Positions 9,841 through 19,803 of a stretch of DNA of 54,462 nt are shown in pieces. The notes under the pieces are model-generated. The model ran no database searches. It was not told where the DNA came from and saw nothing but the letters and a program-made list of their open reading frames with translations. The first letter of the stretch is position 1; each line of letters opens with the position of its first letter. The stretch comes from an uncultured archaeon (GTDB taxonomy: Archaea; Asgardarchaeota; Lokiarchaeia; Sigyniarchaeales; SOKP01): the NCBI GenBank assembly GCA_964583985.1, contig CAZOYD010000019.1, forward strand, positions 1 through 54,462, in the 5' to 3' direction. The position numbers were made by a program, and so were the translations under genes.

Positions 9841-10578
9841 ATGGCTGAAACAAGTCAATATATTAGATTTCCCGCTATTAGATGCTGGATTAGCCATATA
9901 ATAGAAGCATGTTATGACGAAATAGAAGGTGTATTCCATACAATCTTCGGAAGAGTTAAACGTGTTCGTCTTATTGCCACAATTAGGGATAAATATGAAT
10001 TTTCTAATTTCGATAGCGAAACAACCTCTAATATTAATTTAGAATTAGATGATGGAACTGGGTTGATACGTGCTTCTAAATGGAAGGTTGTGCCTGAAGA
10101 AATCGGGATATATGGAACAGGTAATTTAGCATATTTAATTGGTGTGTTACAATATCGAGAAGGAACTCCTACTCTAAGGATTGAAATTATGAAGATCATT
10201 AGCGATCCAAATGAATTATTACTTCATGACGCTAAAATAATCAAAAAAATAAAATCAGGAGATACTATAGAAATCCCAAAATTAGAACCAAATTTAAATG
10301 AGATTGGTAATGATTTTGGTGAGTATGATGATAAATCAACTCTTACTCTACGGCAACCTCAAAAAGCTCTAATAGATAATAATACAGAGGATTCGATAAA
10401 AGATAGGATTTTTTCTATTATTGAAGAAAACTCCCATAACGGAAAGGATACTCACCTAAAGGAATTGAAGATAAAAATGAATATTACGGAAAATAAATTA
10501 AAACACTATATTAGAGATTTAGAACAAGCCTCTAAGATTTACATGTCAGATGAAAATGTCTACCAAAGTTATGATTAA
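9841..10578 (+). CDS. RPA32/RPA2-like ssDNA-binding subunit (OB fold + C-terminal winged helix)
   Basis: VKRVRLIATI, LDDGTGLI OB-fold motif; C-terminal wHTH (IRDLEQASKIY). Confidence 0.75.
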   Translation: MAETSQYIRFPAIRCWISHIIEACYDEIEGVFHTIFGRVKRVRLIATIRDKYEFSNFDSETTSNINLELDDGTGLIRASKWKVVPEEIGIYGTGNLAYLIGVLQYREGTPTLRIEIMKIISDPNELLLHDAKIIKKIKSGDTIEIPKLEPNLNEIGNDFGEYDDKSTLTLRQPQKALIDNNTEDSIKDRIFSIIEENSHNGKDTHLKELKIKMNITENKLKHYIRDLEQASKIYMSDENVYQSYD

Positions 10579-10640
10579 AAATAGAAAAATTATTTTTGAA
10601 AGAATAATTATTATAATATAAAAAAAAATTGCTGAGAACG

Positions 10641-11054
10641 ATGGATTTAAACGATTATGAGAAACTTTTGGATGGAGCTTATGAAAAAATTCCAGAAAAT
10701 GTAAAAAAGTCTTCAAGATTCGAAATTCCTAAAGTAGAACTAAGAATTGAATCACGAAATACTTATATTACTAATTTAAATAAAATTATTAATACGCTAA
10801 ATAGAGATAGAAGGCATTTTTTGGGAATTTTCCTTAAAAAAGCAGGTACCATGGGAGAGATTCGTGGACAACAATTATTCATGAAAGGGATTCATAAAGA
10901 GCAAGCACTAAACCGTTTAATAGACCAATATACAAAAATGTATGTTCTATGCAAGATATGTAAAAAACCAGACACTGAAATTCAACGTGAAAATAAAAAA
11001 ATTTTTCTTAAATGTACTGCCTGTGGTGCAAGGGAAGAGATAAAAGAAAAGTAG
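10641..11054 (+). CDS. eif2b: Translation initiation factor 2 beta subunit (aIF2-beta)
   Basis: YEKLLD.AY, RFEIP, C-terminal CKICKKPDT...CTACGA zinc ribbon. Confidence 0.95.
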   Translation: MDLNDYEKLLDGAYEKIPENVKKSSRFEIPKVELRIESRNTYITNLNKIINTLNRDRRHFLGIFLKKAGTMGEIRGQQLFMKGIHKEQALNRLIDQYTKMYVLCKICKKPDTEIQRENKKIFLKCTACGAREEIKEK

Positions 11055-11064
11055 TTTTAGGATT

Positions 11065-11373
11065 TTGTATACGATAATGAAAGTATATTTAAAGTTACAC
11101 TATAAAAATGAAATCGAAACTGTAGCTTGTTGTGATGAATCACTTCTTAAAAAGGTGTTTAATGAGGGAAATCTAAGAATTGAGATTACTGAGCAATTTT
11201 TTGGTGGCTCTTTATTAGATATTGATGAGGCAATAGAAATTTTAATGCAAGCACAATATTTTAATATTGTAGGAAAAAACATTATTGAAAAAGCGATTTC
11301 ATATAAATTACTTCCAAAAGAAGGAGTACGTACCATAAATGGTATACCAATGGCTATGAAGATGATGTTTTAA
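11065..11373 (+). CDS. DUF424 family protein
   Basis: VACCDESLL, FFGG, NIVG; typical position after aIF2-beta. Confidence 0.85.
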   Translation: MYTIMKVYLKLHYKNEIETVACCDESLLKKVFNEGNLRIEITEQFFGGSLLDIDEAIEILMQAQYFNIVGKNIIEKAISYKLLPKEGVRTINGIPMAMKMMF

Positions 11374-12296
11374 TGCCTCATAAGTTTTGTGCTATATGTG
11401 GTAAGGATATAGATGATAATGCACCTCATTTTGGGATGTGTTTTGAATGTTATTTAAATGAACATCCTTTATTCGAATTAGATAAACTATTTCATATAAA
11501 AGTATGTCTTGATTGTGGGAGATACTCGAAAAGAGAAAATTGGTTTGATAACATCTCCGGAGATATTAATGACGCAATTAATGATTCTTTGCATAGGTTT
11601 CTATTAAAATCAGTTAATAAAAATGAACTTATCGAGTTTGAAATTATATTAGATGAGAATTCTTTCAATTATTCTTCAAAAGATCTATTAGTATCTTTAG
11701 ATGTAAAAATTAAAGGATGGCTTAAAGAAAATCAAAATATATTTCATAAGGAAGATATTGCAGTGAGAATTGATTATGAATTATGTAAGAATTGTAGCAA
11801 TTTAAGAGGGGGAATGCATTTTTTATCAATTTTACAGATTAGGGTTTCTGATCCTTTCCATCTAAACATTGTAGAAAATGTGGTAGATGAAACCTATGCA
11901 TATGCAGAAAAAATTTTTCAGAAGGATGATCGTCAATACATATCAAAATTGGTTGAACATAAGAATGGGGTTGATTTATTACTTAGTACTAATGAATTGA
12001 TGAAACATGTTGTTTCTTATCTTAAATCTAAGTACTATTTTGAATTAAAAAGAACTAAAAAGCTAGTTGGAAGGGATGTACAAAAAGGGAGAAATATATA
12101 TAGATTAAAGAATCTAATTCGACTGTTACCTTTTAAGAAAAATGACACAATTATGATTGATGATGATCTTTTTCATATCGAGAGTATTTCCAAAAACAAA
12201 GTGATTCTTCGAGATCAATCAGATAACAGATTGATAAAAAATTTTGCATATTTCTTCAATGAGAAAATAAAGATTAGATTGCGAGATGATAATTGA
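11373..12296 (+). CDS. nmd3: Nmd3-like large-subunit biogenesis factor
   Basis: FCAICG..MCFEC, CLDCG, LCKNC..GG...ILQIR, NGVD, KLVG. Confidence 0.88.
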   Translation: MPHKFCAICGKDIDDNAPHFGMCFECYLNEHPLFELDKLFHIKVCLDCGRYSKRENWFDNISGDINDAINDSLHRFLLKSVNKNELIEFEIILDENSFNYSSKDLLVSLDVKIKGWLKENQNIFHKEDIAVRIDYELCKNCSNLRGGMHFLSILQIRVSDPFHLNIVENVVDETYAYAEKIFQKDDRQYISKLVEHKNGVDLLLSTNELMKHVVSYLKSKYYFELKRTKKLVGRDVQKGRNIYRLKNLIRLLPFKKNDTIMIDDDLFHIESISKNKVILRDQSDNRLIKNFAYFFNEKIKIRLRDDN

Positions 12297-12299
12297 ATT

Positions 12300-13139
12300 T
12301 TGAAAGATAATACCGAAGATCCCCTTGAAAAAGAAGAATTTGATGAGGATGATTTGGAGAATGAATTTGATAGTGATATCGATAATATGGAAAAAAGAAC
12401 TTTAGATTCAAAGAGAATGAGAAATATCGATCAAACAAAGAAAACAGCAGTTATAGAATCAGTATTAGATGAACGTACACGTGAATTACTAAGTAAACTC
12501 TTAATTAATGGTCCCTTGGATAGTATAACGGGGATTATTTCTGCAGGAAAGGAAGCGAATGTTTATCTCGGATATGATCAAAAGCATAAAGAGGTTGCAG
12601 TAAAAATCTATAAAATTGATAGTAATACTTCCAAATGGATGAAAAATTATATTATTGGAGATCCACGTTTTAAAAAAGTTCCTCATAATATATCTAAAAT
12701 CATTTTTTTATGGGCTAGTAAAGAGTACAAAAATTTAAAGCGAGCGCATAGAGTGGGTTTATCAGTTCCAGAACCGATTCTTGTTAAGAATAACATATTA
12801 ATCATGGAATACATAGGATTTGAATCCATCCCTGCTCCAAAATTAAAGGATATAAAACACCCAAAAGAATTAGAGATTTTATTTGATGAAATTCTTAAAT
12901 TTATAAAAGACTTATATCAGAATGCTAGATTAGTTCACGGGGATTTATCTGAGTTTAATATATTATATCATAATCAAAAACCCGTAATAATTGATATCTC
13001 TCAAGCTGTAGACATTCAGCATCCTAAAGCAGAGATTTATTTAGTAAGGGATATTAAAAATATTTTTACTTATTTTTGCAAGCAAGGACTAACTCTTCCA
13101 GATCCAAAATCATTTTATTATGAAGTAATAGATATATAA
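12300..13139 (+). CDS. rio1: RIO1 kinase/ATPase
   Basis: ISAGKEANVY, YIIGDPRF, WASKEYKNL, LVHGDLSEFNIL, IDISQAV. Confidence 0.95.
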   Translation: MKDNTEDPLEKEEFDEDDLENEFDSDIDNMEKRTLDSKRMRNIDQTKKTAVIESVLDERTRELLSKLLINGPLDSITGIISAGKEANVYLGYDQKHKEVAVKIYKIDSNTSKWMKNYIIGDPRFKKVPHNISKIIFLWASKEYKNLKRAHRVGLSVPEPILVKNNILIMEYIGFESIPAPKLKDIKHPKELEILFDEILKFIKDLYQNARLVHGDLSEFNILYHNQKPVIIDISQAVDIQHPKAEIYLVRDIKNIFTYFCKQGLTLPDPKSFYYEVIDI

Positions 13140-13155
13140 AATTAATTAGATTCAT

Positions 13156-13746
13156 ATGTATATATTAAAAACAAAAATAAGTAATAATATGAAAATAGGA
13201 AAAAGTCGAATAGCAGTTATCATCGGAAAAAATGGTGAAACAAAACACCAAATTGAAGAAATATTAGGAGTAAATATAGATCTAGATAGCACAACTGGAT
13301 ATTGTGAAATCAATGCAAATATTGAAGCTCCTAATTATGATCCTATGAATGTGTTCATAGCAGAAAAAACTCTTAATGCGATTAATAGGGGTTTTAATCC
13401 AATAAAGGCACTAAAATTGCTTGAAGAGGGATATGATCTAGAGATATTCAATCTCCAAAATATATTAGGAAGATCAGAAAAAAAAATTAAGCGCATGAAG
13501 GGAAGAATTATTGGAAGAAATGGTGAAATGAGACAAGCAATAGAAAGATATGCAAATTGTTTCATATCTGTCTTTGGAAAAACAATATCTATCATTGCTG
13601 ATTACAATAGTTTACAAATTGCAAGAAAATCAGTGAGTATGTTATTGAATGGTATGCCTCATCATACGGTAATGAAATTTTTAGAAACTAGATATAATGA
13701 GAAGAAAAAAGAAGAATTTCGACAATTATATAAACCAGAGTTTTAA
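13156..13746 (+). CDS. KH-domain rRNA processing protein (aDim2/Pno1/Krr1)
   Basis: IIGKNG, AINRGF, KGRIIGRNG, G.PH; follows RIO1. Confidence 0.9.
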   Translation: MYILKTKISNNMKIGKSRIAVIIGKNGETKHQIEEILGVNIDLDSTTGYCEINANIEAPNYDPMNVFIAEKTLNAINRGFNPIKALKLLEEGYDLEIFNLQNILGRSEKKIKRMKGRIIGRNGEMRQAIERYANCFISVFGKTISIIADYNSLQIARKSVSMLLNGMPHHTVMKFLETRYNEKKKEEFRQLYKPEF

Positions 13747-13783
13747 CATAATGTTAATGGGATTGAATCATACCCATATTTAT

Positions 13784-14164
13784 CTAATGTATCTCATCTG
13801 GATTACTTGTATCAATTACTTTTCTCGAAAAAGAAGAGACAACATCCTTTCCATAAATAACTTCTTTTAATTCTTTTAATAGGTTCTGTAAACCATAAAT
13901 AAAATCCCGTGAATACAAGTCAGAATGCTTTTCGATTCCCTTACTATCATAAGATACTTCAAAACTTTTAATTGAGAAATAATTGCAATTATATGGTTTG
14001 AAAATTACAATTAAACGAGGGTAGCTAGCCTTTTCCATAAGATATGAGGCCCAACCTTCGATGTAGAAATTTATTTTAATTGAAAATAAGTCTTTCCATA
14101 TTTCGAGTTTTTCCATAAATGTATTTATTTGAATTTGAGTAATAGAATCATATTTTTTTTCCAT
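13784..14164 (-). CDS. Hypothetical protein
   Basis: 126-aa ORF downstream of ftsZ, no recognised motif. Confidence 0.6.
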   Translation of the reverse strand: MEKKYDSITQIQINTFMEKLEIWKDLFSIKINFYIEGWASYLMEKASYPRLIVIFKPYNCNYFSIKSFEVSYDSKGIEKHSDLYSRDFIYGLQNLLKELKEVIYGKDVVSSFSRKVIDTSNPDEIH

Positions 14165-14209
14165 AGAATAATTTTAAAAAGTAGGTTTAAAAAGTAGTGC
14201 GAAAAAGAT

Positions 14210-15316
14210 TTAATCAAAAGCAATTTCTCCGATATTGAAGATATCATCAGATAATCCAACTTTTTGTTTGGAGAATGATCTATTTTGTGTAGGTTCTATT
14301 ATTTGGGAGTCCTTTCCAAAAATTTGAGGTGATTTAATTCCTGTAATAAGTAGCATTACGCGTAGATATCCATCATATTCATCATTTACTCTTGCACCCC
14401 ATATAACCATTGAATCATTCACATCCATTTTTTCAGAGATTTTTTTTGCAACAGAATTGGCTTCTGCTAGAGTCATATCATTTCCCCCCGTGATATGAAT
14501 TAATGCTCCTTTAGCACCATCAATACTTACATCAAGTAAGGGTGAATTAAGTGCATCCTCAATAGCGTCTTCAACTCTATTTTGCTTTTCCCCAGATTCT
14601 CCTACACCAACAATAGCAACACCTCCAGTACTTAATATTGTTCTTACATCTGCAAAGTCAAGGTTAATAAGGGACGGCAAAGATATTGTTTCTGTTATAC
14701 CTTTAACCATCGTAGCAAGAACTTCATCTGCTACACTAAAAGCTTCTATAATCGGTAGATCTGGAGCAATTTCTAGTAGCCTATTATTATCGATTACTAC
14801 TAAAGTATCAGCATATTTCCTCAATTCATTTAAACCAATTTGTGCTTTGTCAATGCGTCCAATTTCGGTTTCAAATGGTAAAGTAACTACACCCACAACA
14901 ATTGCTCCTTCTAATTTAGCAATTTCAGCAACAATAGGAGCGCTTCCAGTGCCTGTTCCTCCGCCCTCACCACACGTAATAAAGACCAAATTTGAATCTC
15001 TTAGGATTTTTGTCAGATCTTCTCTAGATTCTTCAGCAGCGGCTCTCCCAATTTCAGGGTTTCCTCCCGCACCTAATCCACGAGTAAGATTTTTTCCAAT
15101 TAGAATTTTAATGTGAGATTCAACAGCATCTAAATGTTGGCAATCGGTATTAACGGCGACGCATTTAGCACCTTTGATTCCGATTTTCATTAATCTATTG
15201 ATAGTATTGTTCCCAGCACCACCACAACCTATGATTTTTATATTAGCGTGTCCAAATATGTTTTTGTTAGGTCTTACTACTTCTCTTTTTCTCGCTGTTT
15301 TAATAAACGATTCCAT
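14210..15316 (-). CDS. ftsZ: Cell division protein FtsZ
   Basis: GCGGAGNN, NTD, GLGAGG, GGGTGTG, NLDFAD. Confidence 0.97.
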   Translation of the reverse strand: MESFIKTARKREVVRPNKNIFGHANIKIIGCGGAGNNTINRLMKIGIKGAKCVAVNTDCQHLDAVESHIKILIGKNLTRGLGAGGNPEIGRAAAEESREDLTKILRDSNLVFITCGEGGGTGTGSAPIVAEIAKLEGAIVVGVVTLPFETEIGRIDKAQIGLNELRKYADTLVVIDNNRLLEIAPDLPIIEAFSVADEVLATMVKGITETISLPSLINLDFADVRTILSTGGVAIVGVGESGEKQNRVEDAIEDALNSPLLDVSIDGAKGALIHITGGNDMTLAEANSVAKKISEKMDVNDSMVIWGARVNDEYDGYLRVMLLITGIKSPQIFGKDSQIIEPTQNRSFSKQKVGLSDDIFNIGEIAFD

Positions 15317-15420
15317 CTAATTTCAACCGAATGAATCAATATTATATTATAGAAATAATATATGTTGAAAATTAGAATGAATATAATATGCTAATATTAC
15401 CAATATAATATATTACAACA

Positions 15421-16641
15421 TTATTGGAGCGAAAAATCATGATCAATTGCAGGATCAAAAATTTTTTTGATATTTGTTCCAGTCACGAGAAAAATAGGAG
15501 GAAGTGAATAAGGGAAGCGATTTGAAAAAGTTAAAGCATACGCACCTACGTTCATTATGATTATGATATCTCCTTCATCTAAGGATTTTGTAAAATAATA
15601 ATCCTTTACAAGAATATCTTGATCAGTTGGGATGATTCCCGCTATGGAGGTTTTGACTTTATGAGAAGCATTTATTTTTGATGCATTATAGAATCTTAAG
15701 GAGCATCGTGCAAATTTTGGGCAAATATTATTTCCAATATTTAAAAAAATCCAGCGATCCTCTGTTGTTTTAATTATTTCAGTTAGAAAGATACCAGCAT
15801 CTCCAACAAAATATCTCCCGGGTTCAAAATAGATCTGATTCACATTTATTTTCAGCAATTCCAAATATTCTTTTAGTTTTAGCGCAATTTTTTTTAATTG
15901 TTTTTCAGGGATAACAACTGCTTCAGGAAAGCCTCCACCTAAATTAATATTTTCTACTTTTATCCCTGAAAGGCTTAATTGTTTATAAGCAAGTGCTAGA
16001 CGTTCTAAGTTAATTCTAAATTGTTCAAAATTATTCATTTGAGTCGCACGGTGGGATAAAATAGTTTTTAAAAATACATTTTTGCATTCATATAAGATTT
16101 TTTTCAATTTTGACAATACTTGATTATCTAATACAATCCCTAATTTACTACTATATTTTTGTGAATTAATTCTTAAGCATAAATCTTGAAATTTCCCATA
16201 TCTTTCAGATATTTCATTAACTCTCTTTATATCGTTAATATTGTAAATAATAATTTCTCGTACCTCATTAATCACACACATCTCAATCAATTGATCGGGT
16301 AAATATGGCCCTCCAGCAATGATATTGTGAGGAGAATATCCTAATTTTAAAGCGAGTTTAAATTCTGGTATTCCAACAATTTCAGCGCCAACTCCTTCAG
16401 ATTTTATTATATTACAAACGGCTGGTAAATAATTTGCTTTAAATGAATAAAATCCTTGATAATTGGTAAATACGGAGCTAAATATCTTGTTAAATGTACG
16501 TATATTATCTCTAATTTTATTTTCCAGTATGACCATAAGAGGAGTATTAGAATCCTTTAAGAGAGTTTTAATCGATACAGAATCAAAAAAAATAGTATTT
16601 TCATTGTTATATACATATTTATTACCAGCAATCGTTTTCAA
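15421..16641 (-). CDS. PLP-dependent group IV (LysA/ODC-like) decarboxylase homolog
   Basis: YSFKAN (PLP Lys), INLGGGF, EPGRYFV, GAY; lacks the usual CESGD-type motif. Confidence 0.75.
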   Translation of the reverse strand: MKTIAGNKYVYNNENTIFFDSVSIKTLLKDSNTPLMVILENKIRDNIRTFNKIFSSVFTNYQGFYSFKANYLPAVCNIIKSEGVGAEIVGIPEFKLALKLGYSPHNIIAGGPYLPDQLIEMCVINEVREIIIYNINDIKRVNEISERYGKFQDLCLRINSQKYSSKLGIVLDNQVLSKLKKILYECKNVFLKTILSHRATQMNNFEQFRINLERLALAYKQLSLSGIKVENINLGGGFPEAVVIPEKQLKKIALKLKEYLELLKINVNQIYFEPGRYFVGDAGIFLTEIIKTTEDRWIFLNIGNNICPKFARCSLRFYNASKINASHKVKTSIAGIIPTDQDILVKDYYFTKSLDEGDIIIIMNVGAYALTFSNRFPYSLPPIFLVTGTNIKKIFDPAIDHDFSLQ

Positions 16642-17936
16642 TTAATATCACTCCAACTCTCAATTAAATTATCATATACATTCTTTGTTTTAATCGCAAT
16701 ATTCCTCCATGAATGGTAATTTTCTACTTTCATTTTTCCTTGTTCACCAAGGTTTTTTCTTAATTTCTTGTTTTTTAGAAGTTTTACTACTTTATCTGCG
16801 ATACTTTGAGGATCATCAAACTCAACTAGCAACCCATCTTTATTTTCTTGTATTACATCTGGTGTTGCGCCAATATTTGCACCGATCACTGGTTTGCCTG
16901 CTGACCAGGCTTCTAAGAAAGCTATACCGTATGCATCGCTTCGACTTGGCATTAGATAAAGATCACTTTCCATAAACGCAGCAATTTTATTTTTATCAAA
17001 ATATCCCGTTAAATTATCTGGCGAAAGATTTATCATTCTAGCATTTATATTTTTCTTTATCTTTGCAAATTCACGATTGAAAGCGATAGTTGAAGGTCCG
17101 ATAAAAGTAAAATATACTTTATTATATTTTTCTAAGATTAGAGGGATTGCTTGTAAAATGGAAATTGCTCCCTTCTCAAAATTCTTATATCCACAAAACA
17201 AAACCAATTTATAATTTCTCTCTCGCTTATTAAAGTAGTGTTCTTTAAAGTTAAAAGATCCTTTTGATGTAATGAACTTATCAAAATCCACACCCATTGG
17301 AATGGTAGTGATTCTAGATTTTTCCAATTTTAAATTATTGATGAGATAAGCTCTTTCTAATGAAGTACAAGTTATGAGCATATCAAATTTACTTAAAATA
17401 GTGATCAATTTAGAATTCAAATATCTAGGATTAGAAAAATGAAAAAAAGGTGTACAAACAACTGGTTTTTCAAGAATCTTTCCGATTAATAATGAAACTA
17501 CTAAGTTAAAATAGGGAAAAAAAGTTGTATGAATGATATCATAGTTTTTATGTTTACAATTAAGGAAATTGTCAACCATTTCCTTGAGATAAGGCCCATT
17601 TTTTAAAAATTGGCTGAGTGTTTCATTTGAAAGTTGAAGAGTCGCTACGTTGGGGATTCTTTTTAAATCTTGCAAAATTTTTTCAATATCTTCTTCATAA
17701 TTAACGGGAAACCGACATATATCCACATTATTAACAGTAGAAAAAAATTTATTTGTTCTATTAATAATTTTCCCAGTAGGATCTCTTAAAGCTTTGAAAT
17801 CTAATGCGTTAGATGTTATTATGTCTACATTACAATTATAATCCTTTTTATATATTTCTGCTAATCTTTGAATATAAAGCTCAGCTCCTGAGATTGCTGG
17901 GAAATATCTTGTTGGTAAATAAAGAATTGAATTCAA
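16638..17936 (-). CDS. GT4 family glycosyltransferase
   Basis: FPAISGAE, IPMGVD, KG, PSRSDAYGIAFLEAW..GKPVI. Confidence 0.9.
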   Translation of the reverse strand: MNSILYLPTRYFPAISGAELYIQRLAEIYKKDYNCNVDIITSNALDFKALRDPTGKIINRTNKFFSTVNNVDICRFPVNYEEDIEKILQDLKRIPNVATLQLSNETLSQFLKNGPYLKEMVDNFLNCKHKNYDIIHTTFFPYFNLVVSLLIGKILEKPVVCTPFFHFSNPRYLNSKLITILSKFDMLITCTSLERAYLINNLKLEKSRITTIPMGVDFDKFITSKGSFNFKEHYFNKRERNYKLVLFCGYKNFEKGAISILQAIPLILEKYNKVYFTFIGPSTIAFNREFAKIKKNINARMINLSPDNLTGYFDKNKIAAFMESDLYLMPSRSDAYGIAFLEAWSAGKPVIGANIGATPDVIQENKDGLLVEFDDPQSIADKVVKLLKNKKLRKNLGEQGKMKVENYHSWRNIAIKTKNVYDNLIESWSDIN

Positions 17937-17978
17937 ATCTATGATCCTAAATATAAATAATAATTATTAATATATGAG

Positions 17979-18380
17979 ATGCAAGTGTCAAAAGATTTGT
18001 TATTTGAATTGCAAACCTTAATAGTAAAAAAAGGTATTATAGATGATGAAATCATCAATTTTGTTAATTCCCATTTTATTATTGACTTTGAAAAAGTATT
18101 AGAAAGTTTTAGCAGGGGTGTAATAAAAAATATATTTAAACCTTCTGAGAGAATAACTTGGATTGTAAAAGGAGAAAGAAAGGAAAAGCATTTAGTGTAT
18201 CCAAAAATTTATTGCTCTTGCCAAGAATTTTATAAAAATGTTGTAATTAAAAGAAAAAGAAATTATTGTAAACATATTATTGCACAAATCTTCAGTGAAT
18301 CATTGGGAGAATATAAGATCCAAGAAGTAGAAGATAAGAAGTATTACATCTTGGTAAAAGAACTAGTCTCAAAATTCTAA
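17979..18380 (+). CDS. SWIM zinc-finger protein
   Basis: YCSCQEF...YCKHIIA. Confidence 0.85.
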   Translation: MQVSKDLLFELQTLIVKKGIIDDEIINFVNSHFIIDFEKVLESFSRGVIKNIFKPSERITWIVKGERKEKHLVYPKIYCSCQEFYKNVVIKRKRNYCKHIIAQIFSESLGEYKIQEVEDKKYYILVKELVSKF

Positions 18381-19004
18381 AATTTCTGCTCTTTTTAGAG
18401 ATTCTTCAATCATTTCAGATATATTGTAGAGCAGTTCAGATTTCGTAATTTCATGTTTTTTCGCATGCGTTTCGGGATATATTGGATTGAATTTACAGGA
18501 TGCAGATTTCAATGATGTAATTTTATATAATCCCAATTTTTTATTTAGATCTATAACTTCTAATTTATCCCATCCAATTAACGGTCTAATTACTATGAAA
18601 TTTCGAAGTAAATCATTATATTCAATAAGATTATCAAGAGTTTGACTTGCTTGTTCACCAAGAATATCTCCAGTGACGATTAGGTTTGTACCTTCTCGTT
18701 TGCCAATTTCTTCAGCAATACGCAACATCATTCTTTTACATAATATACACGTTAATTTTCTTTCACAATTTTGTTGGAAAATATTTAGATTGGGATTATG
18801 ATTGATAAAATAGACTTTTACGCTATGATCAATTTGATTTTTTAGTTTTTTAAGTATATTGATGATTTTTAATTTTAAAGAGTTTTCATTATCATCTGAA
18901 GTTAAAAATGAAAGAAAAATGGGTTCAAAACCATTTTTAGCAATTAAATATGCTGCTACTGGACTATCTAATCCCCCTGAAAATAACGATATAAACTTTT
19001 TCAT
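18369..19004 (-). CDS. ThiI/TtuI-type 4-thiouridine synthase catalytic domain (no THUMP domain)
   Basis: SGGLDSPVA, CILCKRMM, TGD.LGEQASQTL.N, RPLIG.DK. Confidence 0.85.
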   Translation of the reverse strand: MKKFISLFSGGLDSPVAAYLIAKNGFEPIFLSFLTSDDNENSLKLKIINILKKLKNQIDHSVKVYFINHNPNLNIFQQNCERKLTCILCKRMMLRIAEEIGKREGTNLIVTGDILGEQASQTLDNLIEYNDLLRNFIVIRPLIGWDKLEVIDLNKKLGLYKITSLKSASCKFNPIYPETHAKKHEITKSELLYNISEMIEESLKRAEILEF

Positions 19005-19018
19005 AATGATCTCATCAT

Positions 19019-19621
19019 TTATTTTACAATTATTTCCTCTCGTTCCCATTTTTTTAGATAATTATTAAAATCCTTAATGTTTAATTCTCTAGGTATCTCT
19101 ATTTTCCCTTCACATTCTAATTCTCGAATTTTAAATTGCAACCTTTTATTCTTTCTGAAGAATTTTTCAGCTTTAGGAAATTCATCTTTAAATATATTTT
19201 TTAGGGCGTCTAAATCAATGTTTAACAATTGATCATAGTTATCAATTATAAAATTGCACAGAGGATCGATTGAAATCTTAAAATTAAATGCATCAATGCG
19301 CGTTAAAGAGAGAGGATAAGCTTGACAGGCGTATGGTTTTTCATTGTGAATTGAACATCCAACGTTTGTTTGATAAAATGGACACCTTTTATTCTGATTA
19401 TTTAATAATATTCTATAAGTTAAGACTAATATTTTTTTATTTTTAACGTCTGGAAACACAAGATCTTCAATAACTTGAAAAATATATCCCCGTTTTTTAG
19501 CTATTGAAATTAGTTTAGTCACTTCTTCGGGATATAATGGGATTCTTTTTGATCCTGCGTGCTCCGTAATTTCATAACAACAAGTTCCACATTGCATACA
19601 TGTAAACTTAAATGTTGTCAT
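19019..19621 (-). CDS. YkgJ/FliB-like Zn/Fe-chelating (CxxCxxCC) protein
   Basis: FTCMQCGTCC, CPF, CSIH..KP.AC.AYP; start set at ATG 19621. Confidence 0.88.
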   Translation of the reverse strand: MTTFKFTCMQCGTCCYEITEHAGSKRIPLYPEEVTKLISIAKKRGYIFQVIEDLVFPDVKNKKILVLTYRILLNNQNKRCPFYQTNVGCSIHNEKPYACQAYPLSLTRIDAFNFKISIDPLCNFIIDNYDQLLNIDLDALKNIFKDEFPKAEKFFRKNKRLQFKIRELECEGKIEIPRELNIKDFNNYLKKWEREEIIVK

Positions 19622-19803
19622 TTGTTTTTTTTTATTTTTTATGATTAAACAGAACCAAAGATTATGATATACATAAATAAGTGATAATATGAATATATTA
19701 CTTTTACAATAAATCACGTGTCTATTAGGATAACACACGATTTTTAAAAAGAAGACTTTCAATGATATATTATAGTATAAGTAGTAATAATAGGTAAAAA
19801 AAA

